Shown here in pieces: positions 15,663 through 23,500 of a stretch of 32,152 nt of DNA (position 1 is its first letter; the number at the start of each line of letters is the position of its first letter). The position numbers and the translations under genes are program-made. Source of the stretch: an uncultured Anaerolineales bacterium (lineage in GTDB: Bacteria > Chloroflexota > Anaerolineae > B4-G1); NCBI GenBank assembly GCA_964649415.1, contig CAZYSK010000067.1:191-32342 (forward strand). The letters run 5' to 3'. The notes beneath the pieces are model-generated. The model was not told the DNA's origin. It worked only from the letters and a program-made list of their open reading frames with translations, and did not search any database.

Positions 15663-16478
15663 GTGTCACAAGAGGTGTACTTGGCCGCCCCGTATCCAGT
15701 CTGGTTGCGCTGGTTCGCATACACGTTGCTGCTCACCTCCGCCATCCCGGCAGGGCTGACCATCTACCAACTCATCAGAGCACGCCACGCCCCGTATTAC
15801 GTCTTGCGCCGGGAAGCCTTCACGCGCGCCAAGCGCTGGCTCCTGGCGTCCCTGAGCCTGGAGGCCGTGGCCGTCTTGCTGCTGCTGGCGGCTGCGTACA
15901 TCCCGAACCTCATGCCCGTCTCGCTTCCCACCTCGACCATGACGCCGACGGCCACGGCGACACGCGCGCCCACGGCCACCCCACGCCCGACTCGCACGCC
16001 AACCACGACGCCCACGCGTGCGCCCACGGCGACCCCGCCGTTTATCCCTACCCCGACGCAGGCGGTGCCTGTACCGGAGATGGCGCTCAGCCCGCTGCCC
16101 TCGGCCGTGCCGGCGGGGGAGGACGCGCGTATCGCGGTCATCACCCTCGCCACCGAGGAGGACGCCGCCGGCCAGCCCGTGGATCCGGGCAATGAGTTCG
16201 CGCCCGGCGATCACCGGGTGTACCTGTTCTTCACGTTCGAAGCCATGCAGCGCGGCGTCCCGACGACCTTCGCATGGTACAGAGACGAGGAATTGATCGA
16301 ATTCTGCTCGGACACGTGGCTCTGGGGGCAGGCCGAGGAACGCGACTGGGGCGAGAAAGGCAGAACCTCGTACTACTGCAAGCCGCCGGTGGGGTGGGAG
16401 CCGGGGACGTACGAGATCCGCGTCTTCATCGAGACGCGGCTGCAGGGCATCGCGCAGTTTGCGATCAGGGAGGAATGA
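15663..16478 (+). CDS. Hypothetical membrane-anchored protein with a Pro/Thr-rich linker and a C-terminal globular domain (start uncertain, GTG)
   Basis: It has two N-terminal hydrophobic helices and a PTATATRAPTATPRPTRTPTTTPTRAPTATP linker. The C-terminal ~110 aa are Trp-rich. No RBS is obvious. Confidence 0.4.
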   Translation: MSQEVYLAAPYPVWLRWFAYTLLLTSAIPAGLTIYQLIRARHAPYYVLRREAFTRAKRWLLASLSLEAVAVLLLLAAAYIPNLMPVSLPTSTMTPTATATRAPTATPRPTRTPTTTPTRAPTATPPFIPTPTQAVPVPEMALSPLPSAVPAGEDARIAVITLATEEDAAGQPVDPGNEFAPGDHRVYLFFTFEAMQRGVPTTFAWYRDEELIEFCSDTWLWGQAEERDWGEKGRTSYYCKPPVGWEPGTYEIRVFIETRLQGIAQFAIREE

Positions 16479-16554
16479 GAGGTGTTGCGGGCTGCGTGAT
16501 GCGTGTTGCTCAATCCTGGCCCGCCACAACGCAATCGTGAGCATGCATCAAGCA

Positions 16555-17220
16555 CTACATCAGCATCAGCACGAGGGCCAGTGCCGATACGGCCGGCACG
16601 GTCAAGTTGTCGATGCCCCACGGTGAACATGCCTCGACGAGTACGGCGGCCAGCGCCGTCACGGCCGCGGCTCCCGCAGCAGTGACCGCGCCCAACGATC
16701 CAGGGCCCAGCAGCAGGAGCGGCACGAGCGTCGCGATCCAACTGATGAGGAACAGCACCACAGACCCCTCCAGCGAGCGGGTGCTCCCGGCGACGGTGTA
16801 GCGCCGCTGCCCGATGCGCCGCCCCACCACCGCGGCCAGCGCGTCCCCCCACGTCATGGGCATCAGGCTGGCCACCAGCAGGTCGGGCCTGCCCCACAGC
16901 AGCCAGATCAGGGCCGCGAACGATATCGGGAAATAGACGGTGCCCAACTGGCCCTTCTCCCCGGTCTCCATGGCCTTGAACGTCCCGCGCCAGTAGGACA
17001 AGGCGTTGATAACGACGAAGGCCAGCGGCGGAATGATGGCGAAGGCGCGGCGCTCGAACAGCAGTACCGTCCCGAAGGCCCACATGCCGACGGCGATGTG
17101 GATGAACTTGCGCGTGAAGTCCACGGAATAGCCGCGCCACATGCGCAGCCCCTCGGCGACGCCGATGGCGGCGAAAACGTAGGCGAAGGAGGATAGTAGA
17201 GCGATGGTATCTTGGGGCAT
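16555..17220 (-). CDS. CTP-transferase-1 family membrane protein (CdsA / phytol-kinase / dolichol-kinase-like)
   Basis: It is a polytopic membrane protein. The motifs TRKFIHIAVG, GDALAAVVGRRIG and EGSVVLFLIS match the VTE5/DolK/CdsA family. Its start lies 9 nt after the REC-CHAT stop. Confidence 0.55.
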   Translation of the reverse strand: MPQDTIALLSSFAYVFAAIGVAEGLRMWRGYSVDFTRKFIHIAVGMWAFGTVLLFERRAFAIIPPLAFVVINALSYWRGTFKAMETGEKGQLGTVYFPISFAALIWLLWGRPDLLVASLMPMTWGDALAAVVGRRIGQRRYTVAGSTRSLEGSVVLFLISWIATLVPLLLLGPGSLGAVTAAGAAAVTALAAVLVEACSPWGIDNLTVPAVSALALVLMLM

Positions 17221-17229
17221 CGTTGCACC

Positions 17230-18732
17230 TTACACTTGATGGATGAGGATGGGCGACAGCCACGTGGTATCGTTGCGATCAATGGACAATTCGCACCTTG
17301 CATGCCAAAGCGCAACTTCTGGTCTGCCCTGGTCCAGCAGGGACTTATAGAAGGCCAGGGCCAATCGCCGAGCGCCGTCGTCGGATACAGGCCAGCGATA
17401 GCCCACCACCGAGGGCACACCGGCCTGGGCGACTGCATCGGCCAATCCGAGGAAGTCATCATCGAGCAGAGCAACCTTTCCACCCGACGCTGTGCCGTAG
17501 CAACTGCTCAGATAGACGAGGCGCACCCCCGATTGCCCAAGTAGCAGCCTGACTTCGGTCGCCCGCATAGGCACGATGCCCCCTTGCTTGTCCGCCTCAG
17601 CCCAGAAGTAGAGGCTACTTTCTTCGGGAGAGTCGGCCTCATAGGAACCATGCCCTGCATAATGTACCACGTCGTAGTTCTGTGCCTTCAACTCTGCTCT
17701 GACGCGTTCGTATGTGGCTTGTTCCGTGGCGATGAGCTTCACGTCAACCGGGATACGATCCTGGCCTTTCAAATAACTGGATAGCTCTTGTGCCTCGGCA
17801 TCAGCCCCATCAATCGGAGGCAGAGTCTTCGAAGTCGTGTTCGACGCGATGATCAGCACGCGCAGTTCTTTCGTCAGTGCCAGCACGCGAGGCGAGATCG
17901 CTTCGCGCTTTGGGGTAGCCTCACACACAAACCGGGCAAGCGGATGCTGAAGCACCAGGTATTCCTGAGGGGCATCCGAGTACATGAACTCCATTGGAAG
18001 ACACACATACTCCCTGGGAGTCTCAAATTGCAGCGAGAGCAACTGGCTGCTGGCACGGGCCGTCAGATAGGTCTCTTTGGCCTCGGGTTGCTCACCGAAT
18101 ACGTCACGCCATAGGTCGCGACCGATCTGCTCGACCTGCAAACGCAGGTTGTTCCAGTCTTGCCTGGCAACTTCGGTCCTCCTCGCATATCGCTCGACGT
18201 CTAGCACCAGCGCCCTGCCCGACCGCCGGGAGCAAACGTGATAGCCACGCGATCTTATCGCCAAGTGCTGCCTTGCCACAAGAGACAGGGACAGCCTGGA
18301 TTCATCGCCGAAATTCTTAAGCTGTGGTTCTCTTGGCTCGTCGCATATCCCCGGCCTGTCTCTCGTCTCCGCGATGATCTCCAAGACTTGTTTGACCACA
18401 TCTGGCGTCTTCTCGACGAATTGCTCTACCCCAAGATACCGAATCGCGCGGACGATTTGCTTGGCCCTCACATAGCGCGTTAGCAAGATGACGTGGACCT
18501 TCGGATCCAGAGCGCGGAAAGCCATCGCCAGACTCGAACCACTTTCGTCCTCCTCGCCACCTTCGTGCAGACGTACATCAATGAGCGCAAAATCGAAGGG
18601 CTCCTGTATGACCGCGTCCAGTGCCTGTCCCTCATTGGATGCCACCCGCACGGTATGCCCCTCATCGGAGAGCCGCCCGCGCAATGTATCCCGGAAGTCA
18701 GGCTCATCGTCTACTACCAGTATCTTGTACAT
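17230..18732 (-). CDS. Response regulator with N-terminal REC and C-terminal CHAT (caspase-like) protease domain. The start is MYKIL at 18732 with a GAGGGGG RBS. The ORF extends to 18834.
   Basis: The REC domain reads ILVVDDEPD...LIDVRLHEGGEEDESG...ILLT...K. The CHAT His/Cys dyad context is VVHYAGHG and RLVYLSSCYGT, with the typical ~400-aa CHAT layout. Confidence 0.75.
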   Translation of the reverse strand: MYKILVVDDEPDFRDTLRGRLSDEGHTVRVASNEGQALDAVIQEPFDFALIDVRLHEGGEEDESGSSLAMAFRALDPKVHVILLTRYVRAKQIVRAIRYLGVEQFVEKTPDVVKQVLEIIAETRDRPGICDEPREPQLKNFGDESRLSLSLVARQHLAIRSRGYHVCSRRSGRALVLDVERYARRTEVARQDWNNLRLQVEQIGRDLWRDVFGEQPEAKETYLTARASSQLLSLQFETPREYVCLPMEFMYSDAPQEYLVLQHPLARFVCEATPKREAISPRVLALTKELRVLIIASNTTSKTLPPIDGADAEAQELSSYLKGQDRIPVDVKLIATEQATYERVRAELKAQNYDVVHYAGHGSYEADSPEESSLYFWAEADKQGGIVPMRATEVRLLLGQSGVRLVYLSSCYGTASGGKVALLDDDFLGLADAVAQAGVPSVVGYRWPVSDDGARRLALAFYKSLLDQGRPEVALWHARCELSIDRNDTTWLSPILIHQV

Positions 18733-18797
18733 CGCTACGCCCCCTCGCGCCATCGCCTGCGACTGTGGAAAAGGATCACCGGACAAGCCACTCAGAC

Positions 18798-19688
18798 TCA
18801 CTCGACTGCGTCCCACCTCTCCCGTATGTAGCACATGGCCGCCCTAACATCCAGGTTCCGCGTCGAATTGCCCATACGCACCCAGAACTCGTGAGAGTCA
18901 CCCTTGCCCAAGAAAACCGGCCTTGGGCTTTCGTCAATGGAGACGGCGCAGATGCGCTTGCCATCCATCAACTCGAAACGTGGGTGGATATACAGCACGT
19001 ATTCCGCACCCAAATTGACCTGGACAATATCGGTCAGCAACAGTTGGAATCCGTCGATATCTGACTTGCGCAGGGTCTGCAAGTCTCTTTCAATACCCAG
19101 TATCGTGCCATCGTCAGCGACGCCAAGGAGCAGATGCCCGCCCCCGCAATTCAGCATCCCGGCTATCGCCCTGGCAATCTCCTCCTGCAATCTCTTGTTG
19201 ACTCTGTTCTGCCTGTAGTCCCAACGAATACTGGACTTAAACTCCACCCGGTCATTCTCACCCTGGGCGATCAATTCGACGACATCTGGGGCCGCGCATT
19301 CAACCGCGCGCTTCACATATCCCGGCAATTGACTCACTTCGGATTTCTCCAGGAAGCCAAAGGCTGGCGCAACCCCGTCGTGGTCCGGTTGGAGGGCCTC
19401 ACGCACCATCTTGACGTCCGCGTAGCCGGTCAAGATGATGATAGCCACGCTGGGGTCCTTCTCTCTGATCTCGTGCATGAGCACAAGGCCGTCGCGGTTT
19501 TCTTCGTCAGCCTCGTCCAGGCGGACGTCCAGGACTGCGACGTGAAAACGCTCGGCATCCACCATGTGCAGAGCTTCGGCTCTGCTGGACGCCAAGCGTA
19601 CGTCGTAACCATCGTCTGACAGAAGACCCGACAGCGTCACGCGCACGTCGGGCAGATCATCCACGACAAGAACGCGCCCTCTGTGCAC
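18798..19688 (-). CDS. Response regulator with N-terminal REC and C-terminal AlbA_2 (Schlafen-like) domain. The start is GTG.
   Basis: The REC domain reads VLVVDDLPD...VLDVRLDEADEENRDG...IILTGY...EKS. The C-terminal segment ENDRVEFKSS...AIAGMLNCGGGHLLLGVADDGTILGI...FWVRMGNSTRNL matches the AlbA_2 / Schlafen core. It lies 24 nt downstream of the preceding REC gene. Confidence 0.7.
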   Translation of the reverse strand: MHRGRVLVVDDLPDVRVTLSGLLSDDGYDVRLASSRAEALHMVDAERFHVAVLDVRLDEADEENRDGLVLMHEIREKDPSVAIIILTGYADVKMVREALQPDHDGVAPAFGFLEKSEVSQLPGYVKRAVECAAPDVVELIAQGENDRVEFKSSIRWDYRQNRVNKRLQEEIARAIAGMLNCGGGHLLLGVADDGTILGIERDLQTLRKSDIDGFQLLLTDIVQVNLGAEYVLYIHPRFELMDGKRICAVSIDESPRPVFLGKGDSHEFWVRMGNSTRNLDVRAAMCYIRERWDAVE

Positions 19689-19712
19689 CAGACTCCGCCT
19701 ACCCCCTCTGCC

Positions 19713-20114
19713 CTACCGCGCTAGTACTTCCCCCACAACCCGCACCAGATCCTCAGTTTCTGTCTTGGGGATATAGTTGGCCACAAGTCGCTGGCCCTGT
19801 GCATCCGGTTCCATCGCCCGACGCATTATATCAGATGTACCATAGCCCGTGATCATTACGACTCGGATTGCAGGCCAGCGGTGCCTGATCTCGGCTGCCA
19901 GATCCAGTCCCTCAGTGTTACCTTCGTCCGTCTCGTCCAGTCGCACGTCCAGCAGCGCTAGATCAAAATGACCAGTCCCAAGCAATTCCAGCGCCCTCTC
20001 CTGAGACCCGGCGCACTGGACGTCATATCCTGCGTCCTCCAGCAAGCCACTGAGCGTCGCGCGCCAGTCGGGCAGGTCATCCACTACCAAGACTCTGTTA
20101 GGTCCATCTGTCAT
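19713..20114 (-). CDS. Stand-alone CheY-like response regulator (REC only)
   Basis: The domain reads VLVVDDLPD...LLDVRLDETDEGNTEGL...VMITGY...IPKT. It shares the DVRL(D/H)E-acidic insertion with the REC domains of the CHAT and AlbA_2 proteins. It overlaps the upstream gene by 4 nt. Confidence 0.8.
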   Translation of the reverse strand: MTDGPNRVLVVDDLPDWRATLSGLLEDAGYDVQCAGSQERALELLGTGHFDLALLDVRLDETDEGNTEGLDLAAEIRHRWPAIRVVMITGYGTSDIMRRAMEPDAQGQRLVANYIPKTETEDLVRVVGEVLAR

Positions 20115-20503
20115 TGTCCCCCTCCTTCGCGGTTATCATGACGTCGATGCCCTATCGCGGCGGACGAGGGAATAATACCCTCGACGTGCTCAACCAGGTC
20201 CCGGTCACCGAAGGATTTGGCGAAATAGCGCTTGGCCCCCAGCCGGTAAGCCGCCAGGGCCTCCTCAGTCGTGGGCTGGACGGTCGTCACCACGACCCGC
20301 TTATCGGCGTATTTCTCGGCGATGATCTCAAGCACGTCCAGGCGGCGGGAACTCGCGATGACCAGATCGAACTGGTTCGCCTCAAGCTCGGTGATGGCAG
20401 TCTCCTTGTCAGGCGCGACGACTATCTCGAACTGGTTCAAGTCGTTCTTGGCGAACTCTATCCAGCAAGGTTCATCGTCGATGATCAGAATGCGCGTTCT
20501 CAT
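20111..20503 (-). CDS. Atypical (pseudo-)receiver domain protein that apparently lacks the phospho-acceptor Asp
   Basis: The REC fold is recognisable: ILIIDDEP in beta1, VVVTTV carrying the Thr, and YFAKSF carrying the Lys. Beta3 reads FDLVIASS, so the acceptor Asp position holds Ala. It overlaps both the HK stop and the next REC gene by 4 nt. Confidence 0.65.
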   Translation of the reverse strand: MRTRILIIDDEPCWIEFAKNDLNQFEIVVAPDKETAITELEANQFDLVIASSRRLDVLEIIAEKYADKRVVVTTVQPTTEEALAAYRLGAKRYFAKSFGDRDLVEHVEGIIPSSAAIGHRRHDNREGGGQ

Positions 20504-23500
20504 CGCGACACCTCCCCTCCTGCCCCTGGCGCTGGGATATGAACCAGCATGGTCGTTCCCGTGGAGTCGCTGCGCTCTATTTTAACATCACCGCCCAGAC
20601 TTTGCAACATCAGGCTGTTCAACCACAACCCCAGCCCGCTCCCCCCTCTCGGCTCCTTGGAAGGGACGGGCTTGGCGAACAGGCGTTGCTGAACTCTGGA
20701 TGGAATGCCTGGCCCCGTATCCCGAACGCGCACGCAGATGCTGCCGTCCGTCAGACGGCTGGCAACAGTCAACCGACCGCCGTCCTCCATCGCACGATAG
20801 GCATTGTCAGCCAGGTTGCGAAAGACCTCGGAGACCTGCCCAATGGGGGCCTGGATCTGCGGAATGGAGTCGTCCAGGTCCAGAGTAACCGCTATCGCCG
20901 AACGAACCGGGTCGGCTTGCCATCGCTCTCTCGTCCTGCCCACCACGTCATTCAGCACGGCATTGACGTCCACCGCCTGAACCTCGATCTCCCGCAGCGG
21001 CTCCTGGATGCGCGCGATGATCTCCGAGGTATAGCGGGCGTTGCGCTCGATGATGTCGAGGATCTCGGCGATGGTTTCGTCCGCGACGTCCACGCGCTTG
21101 CGCAGGCGCGTCACGTTGGGGACGATGATGTTGAAGGTGTTGTTGATGCGGTGCCGCAGCGCCGCCATTGCGGTGCCCAGCGTCGCCAGTTGCTTGGCGG
21201 CGATGGCCTCGCCGCGCGCTTGCTCATACAGCCGGGCGTTGTCCAGGGCGATGGCAGCCTGGCTGGCCATGGAGAGTAGGACTTGCAGGTCCTGCTCATC
21301 GTAGGCATGTTCTCGCTCCCAATCCTGCATAGCGATCACGCCCAGCGCCCTCTCGCCTATGACCATAGGAACACCTAGCCAAGAACCTGACAAACGTCCA
21401 ATGAACTCTTGGTGTCCGGGTTGCCCATACCACGCCTCGGCCTCCGCCGACGTGCGATGCAAGATGGGTTCCTTGGTGAGGATGATCTCTTCGGTCTTGC
21501 CCCGCCTCTCCATATCCGCCTGGCGGGATTCGTAGTGTACCCGTTCTCCCTGCTCCGTCGCCAGGCCGAAGTGGATCGTGTTCGCTTCCCCATCGTACAA
21601 GGCGATGTACATGTCCTGCGCGCCCGTCAGCCTCTTCGCCTGTTCGTAGATCAGTTCCAGGATCTCGTCTTGCTTCAGGCGAATCCCCGACGTCAATGTT
21701 CTCCCCACCTCGTTGAGCGCCGCCAAGGCCTCCACGCGACGCGCCAGCTTGCGGTTGACGTCGTAGTAGAGCTCTGCGTTGTCCAGCGCGATGGCGGCCT
21801 GGCTGGCCATGGAGGAGAAGACCTGCAAGTCTCGATCATCGTAGGCATGCTCTCGCTCCCAATCCCACAGGGCGAGCACGCCCAGTACTTTCTCACCCAC
21901 CACCATCGGAACACCCAGCCAAGAGAGTGGAACTCGTCCAATGAACTCTTGGTGTCCCGGCTGCCCATACCAGGCTTCGGACTCCGCCAGGGTGCGATGC
22001 AAGATGGGTTCCCTGGTAAAGATGACCTCTTCGGTCTTGCCTCGCGTCTCCATATCCGCCGGGCGGGATTCGTATTGCACCCGTTCGCCATGCTCCGTCG
22101 CCAGGCCGAAGTGGATCTCCCCCTTTTCCTCATCGTATAAGGCGATGTACATATCCTGTGCGCCAGTCAGCCTCTTCGTCTGTTCGTAGATCAACTCCAG
22201 GATCTCGTCCTGCTTCAGGCGAATGCCGGACGTCAGTGTCTGCCCAACCCCATTAAGCACCTGCATAGCATCGCTAAACGCCTGCATAGCCCCATAGGCA
22301 CGTGCGCTCTCAATGGCCACCGCGGCTGCCCCGGCAAGCGCCTCAACCAGGCGCACGTGATCCTCTGCGAATGCTCCAGCCTCCGTGCTCTCCAGGTCCA
22401 GGATCCCAATCACCCGGTCACCATAACGCAAGGGTGCCGCCAGTTCAGACTGCACCTCGGCGTACCATTCCTGGTAATACGGATCGTCCTGGACATCGCG
22501 GCAGACGTAGGTTTCTCCCGTCGCAACCACGTGCGCGCTGATGCTGTTCCCAGAGAGAGGCAGACGGGACGTGCTGCGCGTCGGTTCCTTCTCCACCGCG
22601 TTCATGGCCCCGAAGCGCAGCTCAGTGCCGTGCTCGTCCAGCAACCAGACGCCGGTGTAGGTGGCCGGGGTAAGCCGGGCCGCGTATTCCGCGATGCGCT
22701 TCAGCAAGCTTTCCAGCGGCGCCTTTCCAATGAGGGCGTATATCTCCTGGAGGACTCGAATATCGTCCACACGTTCCTGGAGCCTGGCCCGGGTCTCCTC
22801 GTACAGCTCGGTGGTGCGGAATGCCACGGCCGCTTGCGCCGCCAGGGCCTCTGCCAGGTGCTGGTCGGCCTCGCTGAAGGCGTTCAGCCGGCTGCTTTCG
22901 GCATTGAGCACGCCGACCAGCCTATCGCCCGCCAGCATCGGAACGTCCAACTCCGACCGGGTGGCCTCCACGTGACACTTGTACCGGGGATCCTGCGACA
23001 CATCCGTGACGCGCACCGGCTCGCGCGTCTGGGCTGCGGTGCCGATCAATCCCTCACCCAGATCGATGCTCCTGTCGGGAGACTTGCCCATCGCGTACCT
23101 GAATTCCAGGCTTCCGGTTCCCGGATCGAACACGCTGATGGACCCAAACTCGCAATTCAGGAGTTCTAGGGACCGCTCCAACGTCCGCTGCAGCAATTTG
23201 TCTCTGTCCAGCACGGAGGTGATGTCACGTGCGATATCTTGAAGCGTCTCGCGTTGCTGGAATAGCTGAGCGTTGCGAATGGCGACCGCCGCCTGGTTGG
23301 CGAACAACTGGATCAGTTCCTGCTGTTCCGCCGGGAACCCTTGTGGTGTGCGGTAGTTGACGAACAAGATACCCACCGCCTCGTCGCCGACCAGCAACGG
23401 AATCGCGGCCGTGGAGGCGATCTGCTCCCTGAAGATGAAGCGCCGCTCCGGCATGCCCTCTCGGGCGATTTTGAAGGGGGCCGAAAGAAGCGGTTCATGC

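Noticed and set aside
15614-16195. 193-aa alternative-frame ORF overlapping the 15663 gene
   Set aside because: It is a low-complexity Arg/Gly/His-rich translation of the Pro/Thr-linker region in the wrong frame. The 15663 frame gives TM helices and a globular C-terminus.
18732-18834. N-terminal extension MLHTGEVGRSRVSLSGLSGDPFPQSQAMARGGVA of the REC-CHAT ORF
   Set aside because: The REC beta1 strand begins at MYKILVVDD, which has a strong GAGGGGG RBS. The extension would overlap the upstream gene's 3' end.
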